A stretch of 64,000 nt of DNA. Source: a virus. The notes beneath the pieces were generated by a model, which saw only the letters and a list, made by a program, of their open reading frames with translations, did no database searches and was not told the DNA's origin. This document shows positions 8,886 through 18,524 of this stretch, one piece after another (within the stretch, counting starts at the first letter, position 1; the number at the start of each line of letters is the position of its first letter). The stretch lies in the IMG/VR virus record IMGVR_UViG_3300023708_001015, one strand, 5' to 3'. Position numbers and translations under genes: made by a program.

Positions 8886-11800
8886 ACCTTCTTAGCTTTC
8901 GGTGGAATAGAATCCAACAGAACAAACCCAGATGGGATACCTTTAGAATCACGTTTGTATACAGCGTCGTTTACCATAGTGAATGCCATCTTACGGTTTC
9001 CTTGTGGTTTGTAACCAGTGTGGATCCAAACAGACTCTGGATAACGATACTCTAGAATCAATTGATCGTATGTGATCAACTTCTCTAGTTGCTGAACTAA
9101 CTGATATGTCTTATTGTAACGATCTGGTAACAACAATGCGATATCGAAACAATGACCCTTACAGTGATCAGAGAATGGAGACTCAGTTGGCACAACACCC
9201 TTTAGGCGATAACCAGAAGAAATCTTCCATTGTTTGTTGTATCCACCAATACCACCTGGAAGTGCTTCTAGGTATGGTTCGAGAATGTTCTGAGCAGACA
9301 TAGCTAAGTTACACACAATCTCTTGGACAGTGTAAATACGTTCAGCAGAGTTTGCAGATTCTTTAAGCATCTGGTCGACCAGTTTATGCTTACCATTAAC
9401 ACCACCATCCATACACATACCAAGAGTGAAGTTCTTAGAAAGGGTGTAGTCGTTCGTAAAGTTCTTAGTACCGTAGATAATCTTACAATCTACTGGAATC
9501 TGCTTGCCAGAACCGCCTGATGGTGTACCAGCTTCTTCAGAAGCAACTGGAGCAGGAGCACCTGGAATTCCAGCTTGTGTCTGAGCATTAGAAGCTGCGC
9601 GTCCTTCTGGAGTTGAGTAGTCCTCTGGAGTCTCATTAGCTGCAAGTTCTTCAGTCTGGCGCTCAGGTGGAATCAGATATGGCACAGAAGGGCTAACTGG
9701 AGAACCAGCTGGAGGTGGAGTAAGTTCAACAACTGTGGCACCGTCAGCACCGTTGCCGAATTGACCTTCAGCATAGTCGGCGTGCAATGTACCTCCAGCA
9801 AGAATACTCATATCTGCTGCGGATTCAGTATTTACTGTTTCACCTTTATGGCTAATAGAGTTTGCTTCTACAGCAAAAGACCCACCCGCTTTAACTAGAA
9901 TGTCTCCACCAGCAGCGATGTACATATCATTGGCAACACCAAGATCTACGTTATTGCCAACTCTGATGTTTGCGTTCTGAGAAACTTCAATATTGGCATC
10001 AGTTCTGGCAAACACGTTTAAGTTACCATCAACAGTAATGTTGCACTCTCCACCAACGTGGATGCATCCATTACGTTCCATCAAAGTGAACTTGTCGCCG
10101 ACAATGTAATTTGTTACAGAACCATTAGCATCAATCTCTTGGAATGTTCCTGCGCGATGGTATGTGTGAATACGTTCTTGGCCAGGAGTATCATCAAACT
10201 CTTGTACGTGACCAGACTCAGTCTCGAATACTTTATTATATGGATACTTTGCGCCAAATGGTGGAGCAGGTTGATCCCACGATCCACTATCAAGCGCCTT
10301 TGGAATTCCTTTAACTATGTTGGAGTCTTTCTTCTCAACGATAGTTCCATCTATGATACCACGTGCCAGACGGTTAGTGTCTGGTTCATTCAAATATTCT
10401 TGAAGTGGATATTTGTTGTTAGGGTCACGGAAACCAGTATTGTCTGTGCCACGTTTGATCGACTCAGCAGAAGGTCCAGGTGTTCCATTAAAATCTGCAG
10501 GAGGTGCTGCTGGTGGAGCACCAGCATCTTTATCTACAGAACCAGTCGATTGAGATCCATAGAAATATTCATAGTATGCAGTTTTCTTAGCAGTGATGTC
10601 TGGTGAGTTTACACCGACAGCTTTCTTAGCTGCATAAAAATATCCAGGGTGGTCTGTAGGTTTAGTGCCCTTTGCTACACGATCCTTAATATAGAGAGCA
10701 GCAACCAAAGCTGACACGTTAATATCAGAATCTAATGAATCTGGATTGTTAATCAAGTCGATGTTTATGCCTTCAGCTTGAGCAAGTTTCTGATATCGAG
10801 CATAGTTTGCGCGTCCAGTTAACTGAATGAAACCACGACCGTAATACTTACCACCATCTTCATCTGTTAAGTTTCCAAGGAAACCTTTACCACGTTTAGT
10901 TGGACCATATGCCCAAGAGAAGAACTGCTCACGTGTGATGCCTTTCTTAGAAGCATCAGAGTATCTTGCGATATCTTCATCAGTGGCAAATGAGTAGATC
11001 TGCTTCATACGAGAAGCTGAGTAGTTATATGATTCTAGCTGTGGAATCCAACGTGTTTCACCACCAGCGATACCCAATAATGCACACTTTTGTTCTTTAG
11101 TGGTTAGTCCAACTTTATCACAAGCAGCAATAAGTGCTTTGATACCTGCAGATGACTTAGAAGTATCTGGAGATTCTTTAGGTGGTGGAATAGTTGGAAT
11201 AGAAACGTTTGTGTCTGTTCTTGCTGGAGCACCAGCTTCAGGAGCAGCTACAACAGGAGTGCCATTACTTGTAGTTACAGGCAGTCCAGTTGCAGTTGTT
11301 AATACACCTTCTAGCTTGCTTTTGTTAACCGCATCAATGTTAGTTGCAGCTGGTTTAAAGGTAATGATGTTCTCACCATAACCTGTGACAATCTCGCTAA
11401 TTGTAATCTGAGTAGAATTATCTACAGTGACGATAAAACAGTTATCTGATAATCCAAACCCAACAACTTTCATATTAGCAGTTAAGCCAGTTGTTAGATC
11501 AGTTCTTCCTGTTTCTCTATCAATGAATGTTAGTTTGGTGCCGTTGGTTGGTCCATCTACTGTTCTAAGAACAATATCTTTTAGTTTTGTAGAACCTTCA
11601 ATAGCTGTTCCACTATCGTCGTCTTCAATAGCTTTAGGTGCTTGTGGAATGCCACCGATAGTACCGAACATAATTGGTTGTTGCTGAGCATCATCCATAA
11701 ATCCAATAATGACAGTAGTACCTTCAACTGGACCGATTGGGGTAGCACCAATACCGTTCATCGCAGCAGATGTAACTGATTGGACTGGCACAGACCATGG

Positions 11801-11917
11801 TAATTGTTCAGTTGGTAACTGAGCCTTGTCGTGTGTATGAAGTCCTACAATACGAACTTGGCAACGACCAAGTTGTAGTGGATCTTGTCTATTTTCAACT
11901 ACGCCTGTATAAAACAT
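8882..11917 (-). CDS. gp5: Baseplate spike gp5: OB fold, GH19 lysozyme, beta-helix and C-terminal M15-type peptidase
   Basis: GVVENRQDPLQLGRCQVRIVGLH (OB fold); YYGRGFIQLTGRANY (GH19); YPYNKVFETESGHVQEFDDTPG (gp5 C-terminal); ISSGYR...SDHCKGHCFD...WIH (M15). Confidence 0.9.
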   Translation of the reverse strand: MFYTGVVENRQDPLQLGRCQVRIVGLHTHDKAQLPTEQLPWSVPVQSVTSAAMNGIGATPIGPVEGTTVIIGFMDDAQQQPIMFGTIGGIPQAPKAIEDDDSGTAIEGSTKLKDIVLRTVDGPTNGTKLTFIDRETGRTDLTTGLTANMKVVGFGLSDNCFIVTVDNSTQITISEIVTGYGENIITFKPAATNIDAVNKSKLEGVLTTATGLPVTTSNGTPVVAAPEAGAPARTDTNVSIPTIPPPKESPDTSKSSAGIKALIAACDKVGLTTKEQKCALLGIAGGETRWIPQLESYNYSASRMKQIYSFATDEDIARYSDASKKGITREQFFSWAYGPTKRGKGFLGNLTDEDGGKYYGRGFIQLTGRANYARYQKLAQAEGINIDLINNPDSLDSDINVSALVAALYIKDRVAKGTKPTDHPGYFYAAKKAVGVNSPDITAKKTAYYEYFYGSQSTGSVDKDAGAPPAAPPADFNGTPGPSAESIKRGTDNTGFRDPNNKYPLQEYLNEPDTNRLARGIIDGTIVEKKDSNIVKGIPKALDSGSWDQPAPPFGAKYPYNKVFETESGHVQEFDDTPGQERIHTYHRAGTFQEIDANGSVTNYIVGDKFTLMERNGCIHVGGECNITVDGNLNVFARTDANIEVSQNANIRVGNNVDLGVANDMYIAAGGDILVKAGGSFAVEANSISHKGETVNTESAADMSILAGGTLHADYAEGQFGNGADGATVVELTPPPAGSPVSPSVPYLIPPERQTEELAANETPEDYSTPEGRAASNAQTQAGIPGAPAPVASEEAGTPSGGSGKQIPVDCKIIYGTKNFTNDYTLSKNFTLGMCMDGGVNGKHKLVDQMLKESANSAERIYTVQEIVCNLAMSAQNILEPYLEALPGGIGGYNKQWKISSGYRLKGVVPTESPFSDHCKGHCFDIALLLPDRYNKTYQLVQQLEKLITYDQLILEYRYPESVWIHTGYKPQGNRKMAFTMVNDAVYKRDSKGIPSGFVLLDSIPPKAKKV

Positions 11918-13200
11918 TATTTTGTATTCCTGTCAACGCTCATCATTAATGAGTCCTTAATTAGTTCCATATTACACTCGTGTTTTTCTCTATTGATATC
12001 GTGGTTGATAGCAGAGATTAGATAATAGCCAGAGAACATCTTATCAGTAATATCTGAATCATTCGCAGAAATCGGTTCCATCTTGTTTAAGGTAACTTTA
12101 ACCTTTTGACCAACAGTATAGTCGCAACGACCTGGAACAATAATCTGAATCTTATTAGATTCTGCAGCCTTCAATAGTGAAAGACGTTGTTGAGTATTTC
12201 TGTAGTTCGTGGCATCCCCAAAACCAGAAAAGTTTGCATTGGCTCTTGGATAATTCATAATTCTAGAATTGGATCTGAAGATAGCTTTACTAGAAGCAAC
12301 GTTAAACTCATTCAAATGTTTCTGCTTGGAGAAATCATCGAACATATTGTAGTTCTTAACGTTGTACGCCTTCTTAGTTAGGTCATATGAAATCAACTTA
12401 GATGAAAACATACCACTACGAATACGATCCATATAATCAAAACCAGTAGGTATACTGATGGAGTTAATACGTTTGTAATCTTCTTGAACGTTCTTAGCGT
12501 CACCACCATTTTGTTTACTATCACGCATGTACTTGTCTAACACAAACTCTTGATATGGTAATGATTCGTATAAACTCTCAAGACTCTTAAAATAGAATCC
12601 ATCTCTGTTCTCATAGAATACAAAATTTGGAGATCCTGTTTTACTTTCAGCTAGTTGCGTAACATAGTTGATAGCTTCAACTGGTGACCAGAAGTTAGAT
12701 ATAAACTTAGCGATTTTAGCAGTCGAATCTGCAGTTAGAGTTTTCTCGCTTTGTAGTCCATTGACCTGATCTTCCAGTAAACTCTTAATGATAGATTCAG
12801 GCTTATCACCATAAACTTTACTGATCTTTTTGTTCAAGTCGACGATAGCTTCATTAGAGATAAAGTGTAGCTGATACACCATACTTCTGTCGCCAAGTAG
12901 TTCTCTATCAGTCATCTTGTAGATATAGAACTTAGACTTGATGTTACCATTTTGTAGAGATGGTGTATTGATCTCGATCTCGACTTCTTCCTCACCTTGG
13001 AATGGAAATAAGTTGATAAGGTCTAGAGATTCTTTGAGAATCAAACTGCCTGTGATAAATGGAGAGAACAAGTCTTCAAAAATTTGGATGTTAATAACCT
13101 GCGCTGTTACGTCTTGCGCTAATCCATTTCGTGTTACGATTTTAATTTTGCCGATGTTTACATCACCAGCAAATCTAACTGCTTGTTCTGACGATTGCAT
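11917..13200 (-). CDS. Baseplate hub protein (gp27-like)
   Basis: IFEDLFSPFITGSLIL, FVFYENRDGFYFKSL and VPGRCDYTVGQ...SGYYLISAINH; lies between gp53 and gp5. Confidence 0.65.
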   Translation of the reverse strand: MQSSEQAVRFAGDVNIGKIKIVTRNGLAQDVTAQVINIQIFEDLFSPFITGSLILKESLDLINLFPFQGEEEVEIEINTPSLQNGNIKSKFYIYKMTDRELLGDRSMVYQLHFISNEAIVDLNKKISKVYGDKPESIIKSLLEDQVNGLQSEKTLTADSTAKIAKFISNFWSPVEAINYVTQLAESKTGSPNFVFYENRDGFYFKSLESLYESLPYQEFVLDKYMRDSKQNGGDAKNVQEDYKRINSISIPTGFDYMDRIRSGMFSSKLISYDLTKKAYNVKNYNMFDDFSKQKHLNEFNVASSKAIFRSNSRIMNYPRANANFSGFGDATNYRNTQQRLSLLKAAESNKIQIIVPGRCDYTVGQKVKVTLNKMEPISANDSDITDKMFSGYYLISAINHDINREKHECNMELIKDSLMMSVDRNTK

Positions 13201-13955
13201 TATAGTTGATCTTTAAAGTTTTTCAAAACAACAGAAATTAGATCTTTAGAGATTAACTTGATTCTGCGTTTAGATTCATTGATAATCTCTTCGTACTGTC
13301 TATTTGATAGTGGCACAGCACCAGCAGAATCTGCATTTACTACATAACCTTCTGCATTTACATAGTGTTTAGTTGCATCAGCATCCTGCCCGTACTTGTC
13401 AGATACAAACTTCTCTAATGCCAACTGAGTTAAAGGAAAGTCTGCACGATAGTCATAAATGTCATTCGCTAACATCACAATCCAGTGATACTGTGGATTA
13501 CCATATACTTTCTCTGCAATAATCTCTGGTGTTTCACCATCAACAATGTCATACTCATCGTATACTGAGATGTTTGCCAGAATGTCTCTTCTAAAACGAA
13601 TGTTTCTAGAGATATCTGTCATCACGAATGCCTTGGTCTCTTTCTTAATGATACCGTAAGGTGCAGTGATAACTACTGTTGGTGTTTGCGTGTAACCAGT
13701 TCCAGTAGTCAGCATAATAATGTTAGTGATAACACCATTAGAAATAACAGCCTTTGCAGAAGCAGTGACACCTGCAGTGTCTGGTTCAGAGAATGTAACA
13801 GAAGCTGAGGTATAACCAGATCCTGGGTTAACGATAGTTACTGAACCAACACCACCTGCAGCTAAGTTAGCGATAGCAGTGGCTTGTGTTCCTTCTGACT
13901 TTTTAGTATTGATGTCGAAGTCATATAAGACTTTCGGAAAATCCTTAAAGTACAT
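13200..13955 (-). CDS. gp53: Baseplate wedge protein gp53 with an inserted repeat module
   Basis: MYFKDFPKVLYD...YDIVDGETPEIIAEKVYGNPQYHWIVMLAN...YEEIINESKRRIKL. Confidence 0.88.
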   Translation of the reverse strand: MYFKDFPKVLYDFDINTKKSEGTQATAIANLAAGGVGSVTIVNPGSGYTSASVTFSEPDTAGVTASAKAVISNGVITNIIMLTTGTGYTQTPTVVITAPYGIIKKETKAFVMTDISRNIRFRRDILANISVYDEYDIVDGETPEIIAEKVYGNPQYHWIVMLANDIYDYRADFPLTQLALEKFVSDKYGQDADATKHYVNAEGYVVNADSAGAVPLSNRQYEEIINESKRRIKLISKDLISVVLKNFKDQL

Positions 13956-13956
13956 T

Positions 13957-15105
13957 TTATAGACCGTCCTTAATTTTATCTTTTGTCAACAGAGCCAATT
14001 CACGGAAATTCAATGTGACATTGATTTGAGTAGGCATACCATTTGCAAATGTGGTGAACATACCGTTAGGTGTATAGTTGATATTCACATCAGTCAATAC
14101 ACAAGATGTATGACGATGGATAGCTCTGTTTTCTACACCACCTGAATAGTACATAATGTCAAACTCAGAAGGGTAAATGTAAACGAAATTGTTGGCATCC
14201 TTAAATTCTGGATGCATATGATACTTGAACTCTTCGATGATTCTAAGAACATTCTTAGCTTCTGGTTCATTTCTTGGGAAGAACTGATAATCGAAAGAGA
14301 ATGTTCTAAAGTCTACGCCTTTGAACACTTGTTCTTTTTTAGGGTTTGCTGCTAGACCAAGTGCTGCAGAGTTAGCAGAAGCATTTGGACCTTTTGACAG
14401 AGCGATATTGGCAATAACAGCTTGGGCAACGCCACTAATGTTACTGTCTTTAGATCCAGGTGTCACAGCCTTCATAATTTCAGTACCAGCAGCATTAGCC
14501 ATAGCAAGCATGCTGGTGTCGTCGTCGGACCACTGAACACCATAGTGAATAGACAATTGATTCGGAATATGAAGAGCGATGGCAGTCTTCAATCTACGCT
14601 GAGAACGTTTAGCATCTGGAGCCATAGTAGCAGCAACACCAACACCGACTGTGGCAGCTGCTGCAACTTTTGCATTAATATCTGCTGAACCAATACCAAG
14701 TTTCTTAGCTGCGTATGCTTCGACACCGATAACAGCTGCATTAGAACCAACCAAGCCAGCTCTTGTCATAGACTGACCAATTAAATCACCACGATCTCTA
14801 GGAGAATAATTCTCAACAGTCTCTACTGTACCACTTTTGAATAACTTAGAATCTGTCGCTACGTTGATGTAGAACATTGCATAGTGTCCACCATAACGTC
14901 CATCAGAAGCCATAAGATCAGATGGGTAACAATGGCTTTTAACGTCGTAAGTTCTATCTTCGAAGGGCGTTGGACCACCTCTAGCTGTCCATAGATTTTC
15001 TGGATTCTCTAATGATTTAGCATAGCTATTGATCCCTTCTTTGACAGAAGAAACTCCGTTTTTGATAGCGTCTGCAGCTGCTTTTGCGTCTGAGATGAGT
15101 GACAT
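13957..15105 (-). CDS. gp48: Baseplate tail-tube cap gp48
   Basis: ANPKKEQVFKGVDFRTFSFDYQFFPRN; CVLTDVNINYTPNG...PTQINVTLNFREL. Confidence 0.88.
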   Translation of the reverse strand: MSLISDAKAAADAIKNGVSSVKEGINSYAKSLENPENLWTARGGPTPFEDRTYDVKSHCYPSDLMASDGRYGGHYAMFYINVATDSKLFKSGTVETVENYSPRDRGDLIGQSMTRAGLVGSNAAVIGVEAYAAKKLGIGSADINAKVAAAATVGVGVAATMAPDAKRSQRRLKTAIALHIPNQLSIHYGVQWSDDDTSMLAMANAAGTEIMKAVTPGSKDSNISGVAQAVIANIALSKGPNASANSAALGLAANPKKEQVFKGVDFRTFSFDYQFFPRNEPEAKNVLRIIEEFKYHMHPEFKDANNFVYIYPSEFDIMYYSGGVENRAIHRHTSCVLTDVNINYTPNGMFTTFANGMPTQINVTLNFRELALLTKDKIKDGL

Positions 15106-15112
15106 ATTTTCT

Positions 15113-15156
15113 CTAAATAAAGGTGGTGTTATTTATTCCCTAATTAGTTATTTATG
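15113..15156. promoter_or_regulatory. Divergent T4-type late promoters
   Basis: CTAAATA on + (15113-15119) facing gp4; AATAAATA and CATAAATA on - (15130-15137, 15149-15156) facing gp48; similar to T4 TATAAATA. Confidence 0.6.
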
Positions 15157-15600
15157 TTCCATAAAAGAAAGTTCGTTCCAGTCTTTGCAGAAAAGTACAC
15201 TGGAGACCCATCAAACATCATTATGAGGTCTTCGTGGGAAACACAATTTGCAAATTGGTGTGATAAGAACCCTAAAGTAATTAAGTGGAGTTCAGAAGAG
15301 ACAGTCATACCATATCGCTGTCCAACAGATAACAAGATCCATCGCTATTTCGTGGACTTTAAGATTCAGGTAGCAACTACAGGCGATACGCTAAAGACCT
15401 ATCTCGTTGAGGTTAAACCAGCCCAGCAGTGCCAACCACCTGTGTATCCAGGTCGAAATACTAAGAAGTATCTCACAGAATCCTATACATACATCAAAAA
15501 CCAAGCGAAGTGGGAGGCTGCTAAACAGTACTGTCTCGATCGTAAGTGGGAATTTAAGATTATCACTGAGTATGAACTTGGGCTGAAGAAGCCTAAATAA
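15154..15600 (+). CDS. gp4: Head completion nuclease gp4
   Basis: KYTGDPSNIIMRSSWE...WSSEE..IPY...HRYFVDF...EVKP...NQAKWEAA. Confidence 0.92.
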   Translation: MFHKRKFVPVFAEKYTGDPSNIIMRSSWETQFANWCDKNPKVIKWSSEETVIPYRCPTDNKIHRYFVDFKIQVATTGDTLKTYLVEVKPAQQCQPPVYPGRNTKKYLTESYTYIKNQAKWEAAKQYCLDRKWEFKIITEYELGLKKPK

Positions 15601-15604
15601 GATT

Positions 15605-16207
15605 ATGGCTAAAAAACCACCAATGCAAGACGTCTTCGAACGCAACCAATACGATCTACTAACAGCTGTTAAGAGATCTAGAGGTTGGTTTGACAAACAA
15701 GTCGCCGAAATGGCGAAGCAACAGTACACCCCAAAGAAAGTGCTTAACGGTGATGTGAGTAAACTCACCACTACACTAATCCCAGGAAATTTGTACATGT
15801 ACGCATATGATGCGAAGACTAAAGAAGATCTTCCATACTATGACAGATTCCCTCTAGTATTCCCATTCAGAAAAACAGCTGATGGGTTTTATGGACTGAA
15901 TATGCACTACTTGCCATACGTTCTTCGTATGCAGCTTCTAGATAATCTTCTAATGTTCAAGAACAACTCTAGACTAGATGAAACTACTAGACTAAAATAT
16001 TCTTGGGCTATGATTGATGGTATCTCCAAATTCAAAGCAGCCCAACCATGCGTTAAACAATATCTGAATGGACACATAAGAAGCCAATTTAGAAAAGTCG
16101 ATTCCAGCGACTGGGCTACTGCTATGCTACTACCTGTCGAACAATTCGTTGGTGCAAGCAAGCAGAAAGTCTGGGAAGACTCTAGAAAAAAGATTAGAAA
16201 AGTATAA
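15605..16207 (+). CDS. gp2: DNA end protector gp2
   Basis: YAYDAKTKEDLPYYDRFPLVFP...GLNMHYLP...KQYL. Confidence 0.9.
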   Translation: MAKKPPMQDVFERNQYDLLTAVKRSRGWFDKQVAEMAKQQYTPKKVLNGDVSKLTTTLIPGNLYMYAYDAKTKEDLPYYDRFPLVFPFRKTADGFYGLNMHYLPYVLRMQLLDNLLMFKNNSRLDETTRLKYSWAMIDGISKFKAAQPCVKQYLNGHIRSQFRKVDSSDWATAMLLPVEQFVGASKQKVWEDSRKKIRKV

Positions 16208-16878
16208 TGGCAACTATCAAAGAATTTACAGCAGCTGTAAAGAGTAACGGATTAGCTAGATCTAACCGTTATGCAGTCGTATTCTCTCTACCAAAAGGAT
16301 TGACGTTTAATCCTAATGCGGTTCAGACTGCTCTAATGTTTTGTGACCAGATACAGCTTCCAGGTACTAATTTCTCTACAGCACAGAACAGGTCATTCGG
16401 TGAATTCAGAGAAACGCCATATGAGAAATTGTACGAACACATCAACCTGTCTTTCTATCTTGATAAAGACATGCAGGTTAAACAACTGTTCGATGCGTGG
16501 AACAATTCAATCTACAATCCAGAGACTCGCTCATTCAACTATTATGATGAGTATGTAACAGATATTTCTATCGAGATACATGACCTTCAGGATAAGAAAA
16601 CATATTGGGTAAAACTCCACGAGTGCTATCCAAAGAGCATCGGTGCAGTTCAACTAGATTATGCGTCTAAAGACATTATGAAATTATCAGTTTCTATGGC
16701 GTACAAGTGGTTCGAGACTTCTATTATTCCTCCAACGGAATTAGCTCAAGGCTTACCAAATGCATTTACAGATAAGCTGATGAACTTCGCTATTGGCACT
16801 GCTGGTGCCTATGCAGTGACAAAGTTGCCTGCACTGCAATCAAAAATTTCAGGCTTTACATCAAAACTAAAATTCTAA
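16207..16878 (+). CDS. gp54: Tail-tube initiator gp54 (gp19 fold)
   Basis: GLARSNRYAV...CDQIQLPG...LSFYLD...FDAW...YPKSIGAVQLDY. Confidence 0.75.
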   Translation: MATIKEFTAAVKSNGLARSNRYAVVFSLPKGLTFNPNAVQTALMFCDQIQLPGTNFSTAQNRSFGEFRETPYEKLYEHINLSFYLDKDMQVKQLFDAWNNSIYNPETRSFNYYDEYVTDISIEIHDLQDKKTYWVKLHECYPKSIGAVQLDYASKDIMKLSVSMAYKWFETSIIPPTELAQGLPNAFTDKLMNFAIGTAGAYAVTKLPALQSKISGFTSKLKF

Positions 16879-16889
16879 AGGTGGCATCT

Positions 16890-17339
16890 ATGGCAGAAGA
16901 AACAAAACTAAGCGACAGCGAACAGAAAAAAGAAGATTGGATGAACTCCAAGTGGCGTCCAATGATGGGTTGGATGTACATGGCTATTTGTACAGCTGAC
17001 TTTATGTTGTTCCCTATTCTATGGAGTCTTGCACAGACGATTTTGAAGCAGCCAATCACACAATGGCAACCACTAACTCTACAAGGTGCAGGTTTGTTCC
17101 ACGTAGCAATGGGTGCTGTTCTAGGTATCGCAGCAATGGGTCGTACTCAAGAAAAACTAGCAGGAGCAAATAATGGCGGAGCCAACACACCAACAAGCAT
17201 CTCTCCAGTTCCTAGCTTTGCGCCAGCAGCACCAAGCCCGATTCCAAAACCAGTACTTTCAACCCCAACCCCAGTTGCAGCAGCGCCACTCGGACTTGAT
17301 CCAAGTGACCCACCAACTAGAAACACTAGAAACGACTAA
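16890..17339 (+). CDS. Holin, 3TM (GTA-type) family, with a Pro-rich tail
   Basis: KWRPMMGWMY...DF...QWQPLTLQGAGLFHVAMGAVLGIAAMGRTQEK; ATG at 16890 follows an AGGTGG Shine-Dalgarno. Confidence 0.7.
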   Translation: MAEETKLSDSEQKKEDWMNSKWRPMMGWMYMAICTADFMLFPILWSLAQTILKQPITQWQPLTLQGAGLFHVAMGAVLGIAAMGRTQEKLAGANNGGANTPTSISPVPSFAPAAPSPIPKPVLSTPTPVAAAPLGLDPSDPPTRNTRND

Positions 17340-17344
17340 ACAAT

Positions 17345-17761
17345 ATGAAACTTGATGATTCTTTGTCAGAAATCTTCGATGTCGCTCCGATGTCGAAGAC
17401 TGAAGTGATTACGAAAGACGGCGAGGTTATTCCTGAGTCTAATGATAGAATTGAGAATGACTACGATGTCACTCGAAACAATCTTCGTGAGTTATTGTCT
17501 ACTGGACAGGCTGCGTTAACGCATGCGTTAGAGGTAGCGAAACAATCTGAACACCCACGTGCCTTCGAGGTGGTGGGTAACTTAATGAAACAACTAGCTG
17601 ATGTGAACCAACAATTGATGGACATCCACCAGCAAAAAGCCAAGCTAGACGCACCAAAGGGTGTTACTAAAACTGGCGGTGATAAAGTGACCAACAATGC
17701 TATCTTCGTGGGTAGCACTGCTGAATTAAACAAAATGATCAAGAAGATGCAAGGAGAATAA
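17345..17761 (+). CDS. gp16: Terminase small subunit gp16-like
   Basis: DYDVTRNNL...SEHPRAFEV...L.DIHQQK...TNNAIFVGSTAELNKM. Confidence 0.8.
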   Translation: MKLDDSLSEIFDVAPMSKTEVITKDGEVIPESNDRIENDYDVTRNNLRELLSTGQAALTHALEVAKQSEHPRAFEVVGNLMKQLADVNQQLMDIHQQKAKLDAPKGVTKTGGDKVTNNAIFVGSTAELNKMIKKMQGE

Positions 17762-17763
17762 TC

Positions 17764-18486
17764 ATGGCTTTACCAGTAGCAGCAACACCAACATATAATT
17801 TGAAGGTGCCATCTAGCGGAGTGAATGTAAAATATCGACCATTCCTAGTGAAAGAAGAGAAGGCTCTTCTTATCGCTCAACAATCAGAAGACCTAAACGT
17901 TATGGTCGATACTCTTAAGAATGTTATTAAGGGATGTGTTCTCGATAAGATTGATGTAGAGAAATTAGCAATGTTCGACATTGAGTATATCTTTACTCAG
18001 ATTCGCGCTAAGTCAGTCGGTGAGGTCGTTGAACTTTTGTTCCCATGCGATGTTGACCATGGGGCTGAGAACGATAAAGCTAAGGTAAAGATCTCGATTG
18101 ATATCTCTAAACTAGAAGTAGAGTTTCCAGAAGGTCATACTAACAAAATCCAATTGTTTGATGATGTTGGTATTGTGATGAGATATCCTTCTATGCGAGT
18201 TCTTGCGCGTCTAGAAGAATTAGATACAGAAAACATTGATGCTATTTTCGATGTTATCGCTGAGTGTGTTGAACTGATCTATCAAGGTGATGATCTTCAC
18301 TATGCATCTGAACAAAGTAAAGAAGACATTCTCCAGTTTCTTGGTAATCTGACTTCTGACCAATTTAAGAATCTACAAACATTCTTTACCACTATGCCTA
18401 AGATTAAAAAAGTGGTTGAGTATGATTGTCCTATTTGTGGCAAACACCACACAGCAGCCCTGGAGGGCATGCAAAGTTTTTTTTAA
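17764..18486 (+). CDS. gp26: Baseplate hub/assembly protein gp26
   Basis: MALP..ATPTY.L.VPS...YRPFLVKEEKALL...IRAKSVGE...TMPK...CPICG...LEGMQSFF. Confidence 0.88.
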   Translation: MALPVAATPTYNLKVPSSGVNVKYRPFLVKEEKALLIAQQSEDLNVMVDTLKNVIKGCVLDKIDVEKLAMFDIEYIFTQIRAKSVGEVVELLFPCDVDHGAENDKAKVKISIDISKLEVEFPEGHTNKIQLFDDVGIVMRYPSMRVLARLEELDTENIDAIFDVIAECVELIYQGDDLHYASEQSKEDILQFLGNLTSDQFKNLQTFFTTMPKIKKVVEYDCPICGKHHTAALEGMQSFF

Positions 18487-18524
18487 TAAACCTGTGTCAT
18501 GAGAGTTTAGTAAATTTCTATAAG

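Noticed and set aside
16881-16892. Holin dual-start motif (GTG at 16881 and ATG at 16890)
   Set aside because: The GTG is part of the AGGTGG Shine-Dalgarno for the ATG and has no ribosome-binding site of its own
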